The notes under the pieces were generated by a model. That model did not search any database and was not told where the DNA came from. It saw only the letters and a program-made list of their open reading frames with translations. The position numbers were made by a program, and so were the translations under genes. From a virus, in the IMG/VR virus record IMGVR_UViG_3300027815_000006, positions 28,389 through 92,388 of that record: DNA of 64,000 bases; one strand, given 5' to 3'. Positions within the stretch are counted from its first letter, which is position 1, and each line of letters opens with the position of its first letter. Below, one piece after another: positions 53,868-63,262 of the stretch.

Positions 53868-56483
53868 TCACTCACTCGCCCACGGATCCCCGGAGACGGG
53901 CTCCGGGAGGGCTACGGAGGTGCTCTCCGGGAGCGCTTCTGAGGGCGCGGGGAGAGGCAGCTCCGGGACGGGGGTGTCCCCGACGAAGCGCGGCGCGTGC
54001 CAGGGCCCGAACGCCTCCTTGGGCGCAGAAGACCTCTTGGAGGTCCCACCGGGGAGGAACCCGTTGAGCTTCACCCGGGCGGCGTCCAGGATCGGGCCGC
54101 GCTTGTCCGCGGGAATCACCTGCACGTCCTGGGTGATGCCGTGGTAGGCGAGGTGGACCTCCGCCTGCGCGTGCGCGAGACCCATCTCCGCGGGGATGGG
54201 CTTACCTGAAGCGCGGAGGGTATCCATCGCGCGACAGATCTTCAGGGCCCCGAGCACCTGCACCGCGGTCGGGCAAATGTCCGCGTGGCAGGCGAAGAAC
54301 AGCTTGAGGGGCGGATGCCCCACAGCCTTGAACCGGGGCCGGTAGAACGTGTCCCACAAGCGCACGAAGAACCGCACCCCCGCGCTCACGACGGAGGTCG
54401 CCTTGGCGCCGCCCCCGTAGGCCGCGAAGATCCCCTTGAGCTGGGCGTGCTCCTTCGCACCCCAGAGCGGCAGAAGGAGCGTCGGGTCCAGAGCCTCCAT
54501 CGCCGTACGCCACGCCGTCTCCACCTGCTGATACCACGCGAGCGCCGCAGGATCCCGCGGCGCGGACATGGATCGCCGCGCCCCCTTCCGCGCCCCAGCC
54601 TTCCCAGCCCCCCGGGAGGGAGAACGCTCCGGCGTCACACACGCCGTGGATGCGCGCTTCGCGGCGAGTGTCTTGCGCAACCCGGCCAGCTTGGCGTCGA
54701 GCGCCTTCGGCGTGTCCTGCGCTGCGGGGGGCACCACCCGAAGGGAAGGTCGGACCGTACGGTCCAACTTCGAGGACGCCTCGGAAGCGCCAGACACCTC
54801 GCAGTCCTCCGGCGGACCCTCATCTTCCTCGGACACCTTCCGGAGCCCCGCGGGCCCAGGCAAACCCCCCTCCCCGAAGGTCGCCTCATCCCCCACCTCG
54901 TCCACTCCCAGAAGATCCTCCAGGGACGCATCTCCCCCGGCGCCAAGAAACACCCCCTTGCGGGCGCCCGAGGACCCCGGGACGGGAGAGAGGGCGGGAG
55001 CCCCCCCTTCCCGCGACTCTACCCCCCGCCGCGGTCCGGCGACGCCCCCCTCCGTGTTCTTCCCCCCGGGCACCACCCGAAGGGGCCCCTGGGTGATGCG
55101 CGCCAGCCGACGTAGAAGGGCGGGGTCTGTCGGATCGGTCATGGAGTCCTCCGTGGGGATGGGGGTGGGGGGTAGGGGGGTAGGGGGGTAGGGGGCACGT
55201 CCCGGGGCCGAAGGCGCCGGGACTGTCTCTGCGCCGCAGGTCATAGGATCGGTCTCGGGCTCCTCTTGGGTAGGCTCCTCCAGGAAATCCCAGGAGGTGT
55301 CCTTCTCCCCGACCGGGTTACCTCCCGGGGCGACGGCCACGGTGCCATCCTGGGTGCTCAGTGGAACCGCGGCGCTCCCCACGGTCACGGTACCGACGCA
55401 AGGTGCCCCCGAGGGGGCCACACCGAGCACGTTCCTCACACCAAGTGGCGCCCCTTGAGCTGCCTGGGGAAGCGAAGCCTGAGAAGCAGCGTCGCCAGGA
55501 GGTGTCCCTGGAGTCGAAGTCGGTACCCTGAAGGTTACTGAGGACGAAGACTCCGAAGGAGTCGAGGACTCAGTAACCTGAAAGGGTACTGACTGAGACG
55601 TAAGGGATACCTCCTCTCCCTTATCTCTTAGCGTTCCACTCCCTTCTCTCTTCTGGCGCGGCCCTGGGGTGTCCGAACCGCCCGCTGCGGCGCTGCCCCC
55701 CGAGGGGACCCCTCCCCCCCTCCCCACCCCTCCCGAACCCCCTGGGGGGTGGAGGTACCAGGGACCCCGGGGAGCCCTCGCCACGAGGGCCGCTACGTCC
55801 GGGCAGTCCCTCCCTGCGTAGGGGAGCGCCCGTGGCGGCGGTGGGGGAGACACTGTAGGTGTCTGTGCGGGGGTGTCGGGTTTCGGAGGCCCCGCGGTAC
55901 GCGGCGGGAGGGGGTTGCCGTCCGGGTCCACGTCGTCCGGGTCCCCGACCTCGGGGGCATCGTCGTAGGGGACGAGGACGGCTTTCGGATCTCCGTCGGC
56001 CACGCGGCGCAGGAGGGTCTTGTAGAAGGTGGTGCTCTCGATGAGCCGCCGGGCGGCGGCCTTGTCATGGTCCGCGATGCGCTTGTCCATGAAGGTGTCC
56101 AGGAAGAGCTGCTCCTTCCCCTGGGCGTCCAGGTACCCGAGGATGTAGATGTGGTTGCGCCACTTGTCCGCGATCCGGGTGATGACCCCGAGGTCCAGGA
56201 GCACCTTCAAGCTCCGCCGAACCTGGGAGGACCCCACGTCCGACATCTCCGCCAGGGTGTCCTGCGTCGCCCGCGCTACCAAAAGCCCTCGCGCCCACCA
56301 AAAGGACAGCGCCCCGCGGCGAGCCCTCCAGATGTGGATGAGGAGCGCCTGATAGACGCAGTAGTTCACCGCGCCCCCCAACGCCCCCACTACCCCCGCC
56401 CGGATGTTGTCGTGGTACACCTTCGTGAAGTACCCCTTCCTCCGCGGATCCCCCTCCGCCTCCAAAGCCTCGGCTGCACTCAC
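53868..56483 (-). CDS. Putative replication initiator (N-terminal wHTH, long disordered linker)
   Basis: ATQDTLAEMSDVGSSQVRRSLKVLLDLGVI HTH; position upstream of loader and helicase. Confidence 0.7.
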   Translation of the reverse strand: MSAAEALEAEGDPRRKGYFTKVYHDNIRAGVVGALGGAVNYCVYQALLIHIWRARRGALSFWWARGLLVARATQDTLAEMSDVGSSQVRRSLKVLLDLGVITRIADKWRNHIYILGYLDAQGKEQLFLDTFMDKRIADHDKAAARRLIESTTFYKTLLRRVADGDPKAVLVPYDDAPEVGDPDDVDPDGNPLPPRTAGPPKPDTPAQTPTVSPPPPPRALPYAGRDCPDVAALVARAPRGPWYLHPPGGSGGVGRGGGVPSGGSAAAGGSDTPGPRQKREGSGTLRDKGEEVSLTSQSVPFQVTESSTPSESSSSVTFRVPTSTPGTPPGDAASQASLPQAAQGAPLGVRNVLGVAPSGAPCVGTVTVGSAAVPLSTQDGTVAVAPGGNPVGEKDTSWDFLEEPTQEEPETDPMTCGAETVPAPSAPGRAPYPPTPLPPTPIPTEDSMTDPTDPALLRRLARITQGPLRVVPGGKNTEGGVAGPRRGVESREGGAPALSPVPGSSGARKGVFLGAGGDASLEDLLGVDEVGDEATFGEGGLPGPAGLRKVSEEDEGPPEDCEVSGASEASSKLDRTVRPSLRVVPPAAQDTPKALDAKLAGLRKTLAAKRASTACVTPERSPSRGAGKAGARKGARRSMSAPRDPAALAWYQQVETAWRTAMEALDPTLLLPLWGAKEHAQLKGIFAAYGGGAKATSVVSAGVRFFVRLWDTFYRPRFKAVGHPPLKLFFACHADICPTAVQVLGALKICRAMDTLRASGKPIPAEMGLAHAQAEVHLAYHGITQDVQVIPADKRGPILDAARVKLNGFLPGGTSKRSSAPKEAFGPWHAPRFVGDTPVPELPLPAPSEALPESTSVALPEPVSGDPWASE
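54752..54765. repeat. Dispersed palindrome GGACCGTACGGTCC
   Basis: Perfect, in the initiator linker. Confidence 0.95.
55518..55594. other. Long imperfect inverted repeat, candidate origin element
   Basis: Nested arms AGTC/GACT, GTACCCT/AGGGTAC, AGGTTACTGAG/CTCAGTAACCT and GACTCC/GGAGTC in a lower-GC patch. Confidence 0.5.
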
Positions 56484-56605
56484 AGCACACCTCCCCTGAA
56501 GTCGTGGGAATTCCGCATGGACGCAGCAATACCGCTGTTCCTTGCGCGCGGCTAGTACCGAGACCGACGATTTTCAGGATCCCTCGGGAGTTACCGAGGA
56601 ATTAT

Positions 56606-57115
56606 TCAGCGGCGGGTGGGCTTCGCCGGACGGAAGCGCGTACAGGAGTCGGCCCCTGATGTGGGGAAGGTGCACGCGGCGTGGGGACCGGCGACTTCGT
56701 GGGTACAGGTTCCAGCGCAGCGCTCTGCGATCTGCCCCGGGGGGAGGATGGCGCGGTTGTAGAGGCACCTGTGCTCCGTGGAGAGGAGCGAGACGACGGA
56801 AAGCGGACGGTGCCCTTGCGGGGCTGCGCGTTCTCCGAGGTTGCGGGAGACCGCAGGGGGGCGGAAGGCCGTGGGGGTGGGAGGAGGCGGCGGGGGAACA
56901 TCCCGGTGGCGCACCTCGGTGGGGGGAGGCGCTGCGAGGTGTTGAAGACCGAGGCGCACGAGTTCGGACACGGCCTCGTGGTAGGAGATGCTCCGAGCCT
57001 GGGCGAGGTGGAGCGCACCGTCCCGAAGCTCCTTGCGCAAACTCACCGCCGCGGGCCAGGGCTTGTGGGCCGCGTCCTCTTGCGGCGCGGGAGGGGGGGC
57101 TTCGGCAGGGGTCAT
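56606..57115 (-). CDS. Ribbon-helix-helix-like regulator with Cys-rich tail
   Basis: AVSLRKELRDGALHLAQARSISYHEAVSELVRLGL. Confidence 0.6.
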   Translation of the reverse strand: MTPAEAPPPAPQEDAAHKPWPAAVSLRKELRDGALHLAQARSISYHEAVSELVRLGLQHLAAPPPTEVRHRDVPPPPPPTPTAFRPPAVSRNLGERAAPQGHRPLSVVSLLSTEHRCLYNRAILPPGQIAERCAGTCTHEVAGPHAACTFPTSGADSCTRFRPAKPTRR

Positions 57116-57363
57116 CGTCTCGCTCGCAGGGTTTCTTCGTGCTGACGAAGGTGCGGGGCCAGCACGCCGTATTTGAGATTTCGCAGGTGAGCCTTCACCA
57201 GCGCGCACGGCTCATAATGAGCACACTCCGAGCACGCGGACAAGTCGCGCTGGAGCTGGCACGCCTCGACCTTCTTCGCCACAACCAGGGCTTCGTGGAG
57301 GGGCGTCCCCGGAGGGTGCCCCTCCAGCTCTACCGCCAGTCGGGTTGTGGCGTCGGCGTTCAT
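57112..57363 (-). CDS. Cys-rich hypothetical protein
   Basis: MNADATT start; CQ..CSEC..C; ATGA coupling. Confidence 0.6.
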   Translation of the reverse strand: MNADATTRLAVELEGHPPGTPLHEALVVAKKVEACQLQRDLSACSECAHYEPCALVKAHLRNLKYGVLAPHLRQHEETLRARR

Positions 57364-57629
57364 GCGCCCGCGGGCGCTCCGGGGACTTCGAGCTTCTCGG
57401 CCTCCTGCGCCAGCGCAAGGTCCCTCGCCTTGACAGCCTCGACGCGATTTCGGAGGAGCTCCAGCACGTCCTTGGGGCGCCCCAGGATCTCGGTCACGCA
57501 GTCGCCGTGCATCTTCCCCCAACTGGAAGATCCTACGAGCGTCCCCTTCGGGCCGACCACCCCCGTAATGACCTCCGCCGCTTGTGTACCGGGAAGGAGC
57601 TTACCACCACACACCACGCACTTTTCCAT
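57360..57629 (-). CDS. Zinc-finger hypothetical protein
   Basis: CVVC and HGDC motifs. Confidence 0.6.
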   Translation of the reverse strand: MEKCVVCGGKLLPGTQAAEVITGVVGPKGTLVGSSSWGKMHGDCVTEILGRPKDVLELLRNRVEAVKARDLALAQEAEKLEVPGAPAGA

Positions 57630-57683
57630 GCATTCCTCCACGGGAAGCATACGCCCGGGGAACGCAAATGTAAGCCCCGCCTG

Positions 57684-58352
57684 TCAGAATGGGGGTGCGT
57701 CTGGGGGTACGGGCTTCACGGGGACAGGGAGGTTGAGGTGCTGTCGCAGAATGTCCATGTCTGTGAGGAGCTCCCCACGGATGACCTGAATCGTGCGGGC
57801 ATCCAATCCTGCGAGCATCGCCGGGTGCCACGTCACCCGCGCGGGGATCCCCTCCCACTGAAACCACTGATTCCGTAGGTATCGCAGATCCCGGCGCACC
57901 CCGAGGAGCTGAGAAGCCGCGATGCCTCCGAGGAGGAGAATGGCGGCGGGGTGCAGAAGCCGAAGGGCTTGCTCCAGGTGAGGTAGGCACTTGGAGAGCT
58001 CCCCGGGGGAGGGCGCTCCGTACCCCTGACAGGCCACGGCATTTCCGATCCAGGTCTGCGCCTCGGGAATCCCCACCTCCTGAAGAACCTCCCGCAGACA
58101 CAGGGTCTCCCGCTGTCCCAGCGGAGAGGTAGGGCTCTTGCCCACGGGCGCCTCCCCCAGGAGCACCAGAAGAGGCGCCGTCGCGCCGCCCCCGAGGAAG
58201 GCCAGCTCGCGAGTCCTGTGCCGCGCACAGAGTACGCAGGACTGGACCGTACGGTCCAACCGCTGAAGCCCCGCCAGGGCATCGCCGTCTCGCAGTACCG
58301 ATTTGGCCAGGAGCGGGAGCTGGTTGGGATCCCCAGGCTTCTTCGCCTTCAC
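57684..58352 (-). CDS. Uracil-DNA glycosylase family 4-like
   Basis: CVLC, LLGEAP, NAVAC, KCLPHL, LLGGIA, TWHPA. Confidence 0.85.
   Translation of the reverse strand: MKAKKPGDPNQLPLLAKSVLRDGDALAGLQRLDRTVQSCVLCARHRTRELAFLGGGATAPLLVLLGEAPVGKSPTSPLGQRETLCLREVLQEVGIPEAQTWIGNAVACQGYGAPSPGELSKCLPHLEQALRLLHPAAILLLGGIAASQLLGVRRDLRYLRNQWFQWEGIPARVTWHPAMLAGLDARTIQVIRGELLTDMDILRQHLNLPVPVKPVPPDAPPF
58244..58257. repeat. Dispersed palindrome GGACCGTACGGTCC
   Basis: Perfect, in the UDG N-terminus. Confidence 0.95.
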
Positions 58353-58359
58353 CGAAAAC

Positions 58360-58635
58360 TCAGGGGCGCGGCGGGGAGTAGCCCCGCACGAGGAGGTGCG
58401 CGACGTGGGGAACCTCGGAGGCATTCCGGAGCGTCGCCGCGGGGAAGGCATCCCGACCGCACCGCAGACAGCGCGCGGGAGGCGTCGGGCCCAGGTAGAG
58501 CCGTCCGCAGCAGAGCGCGGCATGAACCGCAGGACCCCCCTCGAAGGGAACGTAGAGCCCCTCCAACGTGAGCTCCACCTCCCGAAGCGAGGGCGGGGTG
58601 CCGCCGAGCGGCGCAATCGGTGGGGGCGATGCCAT
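58360..58635 (-). CDS. Zinc-ribbon hypothetical protein
   Basis: CCGR and CLRC motifs. Confidence 0.5.
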   Translation of the reverse strand: MASPPPIAPLGGTPPSLREVELTLEGLYVPFEGGPAVHAALCCGRLYLGPTPPARCLRCGRDAFPAATLRNASEVPHVAHLLVRGYSPPRP

Positions 58636-58720
58636 CCCGCAAAGCCTTGCCTCTGTGCGCCCGAGCGCAAGCCCGAGGGCCCTCGTTCGCACGAAATGCC
58701 CTGAATTCAAGGGCTCCGCA

Positions 58721-58803
58721 GAATTCGTACGGAACCCCCCTTGCCAATCGCAAAGGCGTTGCTATGTTGTTGTTCACGGGGGCAACGAAGCCCCCCGGAA
58801 AGG
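58721..58803 (+). promoter_or_regulatory. Repeated strong promoter plus leader hairpin, copy 3
   Basis: TTGCCA(58741-46)-N16-TATGTT(58763-68), GGGGGC-AACGAA-GCCCCC; near-identical to 11476-11557. Confidence 0.85.
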
Positions 58804-58811
58804 CTCCCATC

Positions 58812-59717
58812 ATGTCCACCGTACGGTCCTGCTCCCACTGTCTGCGGGCCCTCACCGACGCGGCGTCCTTGGACGCGGGCGTCGGCCCGATCTGCCGGGG
58901 ATTCGAGAACAAGCTGTACGCGAAGGCCCTCGCGGCGGACGCGAGGGCGGCGCGGGACGCCTTCACGGCGGCCCTTCTCCTCGGGGTTGCGCCGGAGACG
59001 GCGGAGGTGCTGGAGGCGGTCCACGCGGACGTCCTGGAGACCGTCCTCGGCGGAGGGGAGGAGGACCTCCGCAAGCTGGTGAAGCGGGTGGACTGGGCGC
59101 TCTCGTACGCCCACCCCAAGGGTACGCGAACGCTGCTCATCCAGGGCGTGAAGGCCCTGGGATACATCGGGCTCGCGGCGATCCTTGCGCAGTCCGCGGG
59201 GACGGGCGCCGCGACGGTGGTGGTGGACGGGACGGTTCTGAGGCTGACAGCGCCTCAGAACAAGGCGGCGTCCTTCGCGTTCAAGAAGATCCCCGGGCGG
59301 ATCTTCTCCTCCGTCACGAAGCGCTGGACCTTCCCGGTCTGGCAGGTGGCGAAGGTCAAGGCGGTGGTCCAGGAGTTCTATCCGTGCTCCACCGTGGAGT
59401 GGGCGACGATTGAGATGGTGGCCGCCATCCTCCAGGCTCCCGTCGCGGAGATCGCGCCTCCCGCGCCTCCCCCGGCGGGCAAGACCTCGGTGACGCGGCA
59501 CCAGGGCACCCACACGGCGTTCCTTCGGGTGGTGGCGCCGTACAACCCGGCCTTCATCGCCGCGGTGAAGGCGCTCCCGTATCAGGACCGTGCGTGGAAC
59601 GCCGGGCTCAAGATGTGGGAGGTGCGGGCGAACCAGGAGACGGCGGTGCTCACCCTCATCGCTACCCACTACGGGGAGACGCCCGTGGTGGTGGATGCCG
59701 CCGCCGCGGCGGCATGA
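58812..59717 (+). CDS. DUF6011-like zinc domain plus two HARP-like domains
   Basis: CSHCLRALTDAASLDAGVGPIC; FKKIPGRIFSSVTKRWTFP and PYNPAFIAAVKALP..RAWNAGLKMW. Confidence 0.75.
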   Translation: MSTVRSCSHCLRALTDAASLDAGVGPICRGFENKLYAKALAADARAARDAFTAALLLGVAPETAEVLEAVHADVLETVLGGGEEDLRKLVKRVDWALSYAHPKGTRTLLIQGVKALGYIGLAAILAQSAGTGAATVVVDGTVLRLTAPQNKAASFAFKKIPGRIFSSVTKRWTFPVWQVAKVKAVVQEFYPCSTVEWATIEMVAAILQAPVAEIAPPAPPPAGKTSVTRHQGTHTAFLRVVAPYNPAFIAAVKALPYQDRAWNAGLKMWEVRANQETAVLTLIATHYGETPVVVDAAAAAA

Positions 59718-59726
59718 CGGAACAAC

Positions 59727-59939
59727 GTGGAAAGGAGACTCATCATGGACATCTGCACCTGTGGCCGCGAGGCCGATTTCATCACCGTTCTGGGCCCCTG
59801 CTGCTGGGCCTGCACCCCGACCCTGGTTGCCGATGTGGAGGCCGTTCGCGCCTTCCGGTCCGTTCGCACGGGGCGGGTGTTCGCCAAGGGCTCCACGATC
59901 CCCCTGGCCTTCCTCCTGGACCTGGAGGTGGTGAAGTGA
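59727..59939 (+). CDS. Small Cys-rich hypothetical protein
   Basis: CTCG and CCWAC motifs. Confidence 0.55.
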   Translation: MERRLIMDICTCGREADFITVLGPCCWACTPTLVADVEAVRAFRSVRTGRVFAKGSTIPLAFLLDLEVVK

Positions 59940-60170
59940 GAACTAACGGAGGGGGAACGTATCCCCTCCAGGATGGCAATGATCCCCACGGACACGGTGG
60001 GGGGAGCTCGGAGCCCGGAGGCGACTGGAGATCCAGTAAGGGCAAGTAGCGCGAAACGCCACCTGTGCGGGGGTGGCGGAGGGCAGTCCCGAAAGGGACA
60101 CTCTTCCCAGGACCGCACGCCTTCGGCCCGGTAGGACACGCGAGAGCGTGAGCCCCGGGCCTGTGGCGGT

Positions 60171-60890
60171 ATGAAGACCACCACATCCCGAACGGAGTTC
60201 CTAGCCCGCGACGCGGAGGCCCTCCGCGAACAAACCCTCACTCGAAGCCAGGCAGTCGCAACCTGGAGGTTGGCCCGAGCCTACGGACACCTGTGGGCCG
60301 GGGTGGACCTTCCGGAGGAGCGCTATGAGGGAGACATCCGAGTAGGAGACCTTCAGGATCGGTGCCCGCCCTCCGCCCTCGGGGGCATCACGGGCCCGGA
60401 CGTGGCGCCCGAGACGGGGGAGGTGGCCCACGGCACCGCATCGGGGCGTCTCCGATGGGTAGTGAGTCGAGAGGGGGTATGCACCCTCACGATTCACCGC
60501 CCTCCGGCGGACGGGATCGGGCGGGGCCCTGTGTGCCTCGAAGCTACGGTGGACCACGCACGACAGGCGTGGTCCGGCGACGGTGCCGTACGCATCATCG
60601 GGGGTGGGGCCCTCGCTCTCCCCCGGCATGTGGTCGCGCTGGAGGAAGCCCTCCGGGCGCTCCTGGGAACGAGGGGGGCGTTGGACGCGGTGCTCGAAGC
60701 CCCCGCGTGTCGCGTCCGGGGGGTCGTTCTCGCCCTGGTCTGCGAGGACAGCGGAACTCCCCACCTACGACTGTGGGACGCGGAAACCCCCGCGGGCTCT
60801 ACGCAGGTGATCCCCCTCCACACGGAGGGGTGCCTCCCCCGGTCCGTCACGGAGGCCATGACCTTCCTCAAAGGGAAGATGTCCCGGTAG
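60171..60890 (+). CDS. Hypothetical protein
   Basis: 239 aa in the accessory plus-strand operon. Confidence 0.55.
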   Translation: MKTTTSRTEFLARDAEALREQTLTRSQAVATWRLARAYGHLWAGVDLPEERYEGDIRVGDLQDRCPPSALGGITGPDVAPETGEVAHGTASGRLRWVVSREGVCTLTIHRPPADGIGRGPVCLEATVDHARQAWSGDGAVRIIGGGALALPRHVVALEEALRALLGTRGALDAVLEAPACRVRGVVLALVCEDSGTPHLRLWDAETPAGSTQVIPLHTEGCLPRSVTEAMTFLKGKMSR

Positions 60891-60929
60891 TGCGTCCGTC
60901 CCCAATCCCGTTCTCGGAAAGGTACTCCC

Positions 60930-61193
60930 ATGTCAGAAATCCTCACCGATGGCGTCCGAACCTATGCATGGCTGACCGTGGAGGGAGCCCGCACCCTCTG
61001 CCGGGTGCAGCTCGACCCGGAAAGCACGGCGACCTTCTCCGTGCGCCTCGGGCGCGCGGTGGAGCCCCGACCACGGCTCCAGACAGTGACCCCCACGTCC
61101 CGAGCCCCGGCGAGCCTCCAGCCCTACACGGGGGAGCGCCGATGGGCCTTCGAGGTCGCAGTTGCCCACCGAGAGACCGAGGTGTCGCTGTGA
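60930..61193 (+). CDS. Hypothetical protein
   Basis: AAAGG SD, 87 aa. Confidence 0.55.
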   Translation: MSEILTDGVRTYAWLTVEGARTLCRVQLDPESTATFSVRLGRAVEPRPRLQTVTPTSRAPASLQPYTGERRWAFEVAVAHRETEVSL

Positions 61194-61732
61194 GCAAGAT
61201 CCTCTCCGCCGCCTGCACGGCCTACCTTGCGGAGCGCGCGGCCTACACCCGCGCTGTGGCGCGCTGGCACGCGCTCGGAGTCGCAGTGGGGGCGGAGGTC
61301 TGGCTGGCCCCCGGAGAAGCCCCCGTCCCCTCCCCCGAAGTCCGGGCAGAGATGGAAGCGGTGAAGATGGAAGCGGCGAAGACCGCGGAGGCCGCGAACA
61401 TGGCGCGAGGCGAGCGCTCCCTGCGAGGCCTTGTGGGCTACGCGCGGGAGCTCCACCAGGAAGGCCTCGCACTCCCTGTGAACGGAGAGCGCCCCTGGGC
61501 GCCGAAGGAGCGCCTGCTCGGAGCGCCACCAGGACTCCGGGTGGCCCTTCGGCTGGCGGAGGTTCTTCCTTGGGAAGGAAGTCGTCAGGACGCGGTGCTG
61601 GTGTCAGCCTGCCTCGTGCAGCGCGCGGAGGCCGCGCTCATGCACGCGGAGACCACCCCCGCAGACGTGTTGGAGGCGGAGGGTGTCGCGTTGGATGCCT
61701 ACACGGCGCTCTACGCCCTCTGGTCCAAGTAA
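61190..61732 (+). CDS. Hypothetical helical protein
   Basis: GTGA-coupled start VSKILSAA. Confidence 0.55.
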   Translation: MSKILSAACTAYLAERAAYTRAVARWHALGVAVGAEVWLAPGEAPVPSPEVRAEMEAVKMEAAKTAEAANMARGERSLRGLVGYARELHQEGLALPVNGERPWAPKERLLGAPPGLRVALRLAEVLPWEGSRQDAVLVSACLVQRAEAALMHAETTPADVLEAEGVALDAYTALYALWSK

Positions 61733-62057
61733 TCCCAGGTCTCCGAGTCGAACGAAACGGCGATGGGCCCATCGCCTACACCACTGTCCCTGGGTGGACA
61801 ACCTCCCCGGCCTTCTACCGGCTCCGTCAGCTTTTCAGGGCCTTCGGCGGTTCTACCCAGAGGTGGCCACCTCTGAGCTTCCCCGTGGTTGTGAGGGTTG
61901 CTCCCCGTGCCGAGTACGCGCGCAAAGCAACGGCCCTCACCGTGCCGCTTGAACTACCCCCGCGCCGCGAGCGGAGCAACGGGGCCGTAGGGGCATCACC
62001 CCCTACGGGAGGGGCCGACCGGGCCCCGTATCAGGGTAGGGCGCCCCGGCGAGGACG

Positions 62058-63254
62058 CTACAGAATTCTGTCTCGACGGACCAGGAGGACCGTCCCCACG
62101 ATCACGCGGCCTGCGAGCACGCTCGCGCCGGGGTTGAGTTTGGAGTCCTTCTTGAGTCTCCCTTCCTCGTCCACGACAAGGAGGACCTCCTTGTTGCGGA
62201 CGGGCACCAGCTCGATGTAGCCCCCGACGAAGCCCTGAAGCTCCTCCAGGGTGTAGTCCGTGCCGTTCGCCGGACGGACCTCCCGCACCTCCCCTTCGGG
62301 GGTGATGAGCCTGTCCGGAGAGATCTCTGGCTTGGAGGTCATAGTGCGGGCTCCCCCCCACCACGCATCGGGCTCCGCAGACACGAAGGACAACCTCGGG
62401 TCCGTGTGCAGCGCAGCGCCCATGGGGATGTGACGGAGGAAGCGCTCCCCGTCCGCGTCGAGCGCGTGGAGGCGGTCCCTGAGCGCGGCGCCCTCGTGTC
62501 GCAGGGAGAGCACCCACTGTACGCAGGCCAGATCGTCCCGATGATGAAGGGTGTTCAGGATCTCCTCCGTGGAAATTGAAGTCTCGAAGCGGAGAAGCTC
62601 CTCCGTAAGGAGCCCCGCATCTCGCACGGCGATGGCCTCGATGGCCGCCGCGAGCTCCCTCGGGATTTGCTTGACCACCCGGCGTGCCCGCTCCACGGGC
62701 GTAATGCCCCCAGACAGGACAAGACGCCGCTCCGTGGGCGTCGTGGGCGCCCACAACCGCAGGATCGCCCCCAGCGCGACAAACCTGTCCAAGGGGAGCG
62801 GGGACGCCGCCCGCTCCATCACGAGCGAGAACAGCCAGGGCGCGCAGCCTACGCACTCCTGGCCGCCAAACAGCCCCGGCACGTCCAACGTCAGGAGCCC
62901 GGAGCTCCAAGGAGAGGACGAAACCGGACGAACGGAGGGGCTGTTCCGCCGCACCTCGCACACCACCCAGCCGTCCACCTCCATGAAGGCGAGGAACTCG
63001 CGGGTGTCGCTGACGACATGCCGCGCGTGGCTGTACCCGGGTCCGTCGGGCAGCTCCCGGGTAGCTCCGCGGAACACCCCGAGGGTGTCCTCCGTCTGAA
63101 GCTCCAGGGCGGCGAGAAGAGGCTGGGGGAGGGTGTGTGCCATGGGAGGGAGTGCCCCCGAGAAGAAGCGCCCTGGGTTGGTCTTGTTGACGAAGTAACC
63201 CGGGGCCGTACTGCGGGGGCAAGGGGAGTATGGGGACTCGGAGAGGCGCTGCAA
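62058..63254 (-). CDS. Hypothetical protein with C-terminal DUF3846-like domain
   Basis: TLEELQGFVGGYIE..LVVDEEGRLK..LNPGAS..IVGTVLLV; an internal ATG at 62342 could start the domain separately. Confidence 0.65.
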   Translation of the reverse strand: MQRLSESPYSPCPRSTAPGYFVNKTNPGRFFSGALPPMAHTLPQPLLAALELQTEDTLGVFRGATRELPDGPGYSHARHVVSDTREFLAFMEVDGWVVCEVRRNSPSVRPVSSSPWSSGLLTLDVPGLFGGQECVGCAPWLFSLVMERAASPLPLDRFVALGAILRLWAPTTPTERRLVLSGGITPVERARRVVKQIPRELAAAIEAIAVRDAGLLTEELLRFETSISTEEILNTLHHRDDLACVQWVLSLRHEGAALRDRLHALDADGERFLRHIPMGAALHTDPRLSFVSAEPDAWWGGARTMTSKPEISPDRLITPEGEVREVRPANGTDYTLEELQGFVGGYIELVPVRNKEVLLVVDEEGRLKKDSKLNPGASVLAGRVIVGTVLLVRRDRIL

Positions 63255-63262
63255 TCAAGAAG

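Noticed and set aside
55154-55196. G-quadruplex-like G-run tract
   Set aside because: Explained by poly-proline codons on the coding strand; no independent support.
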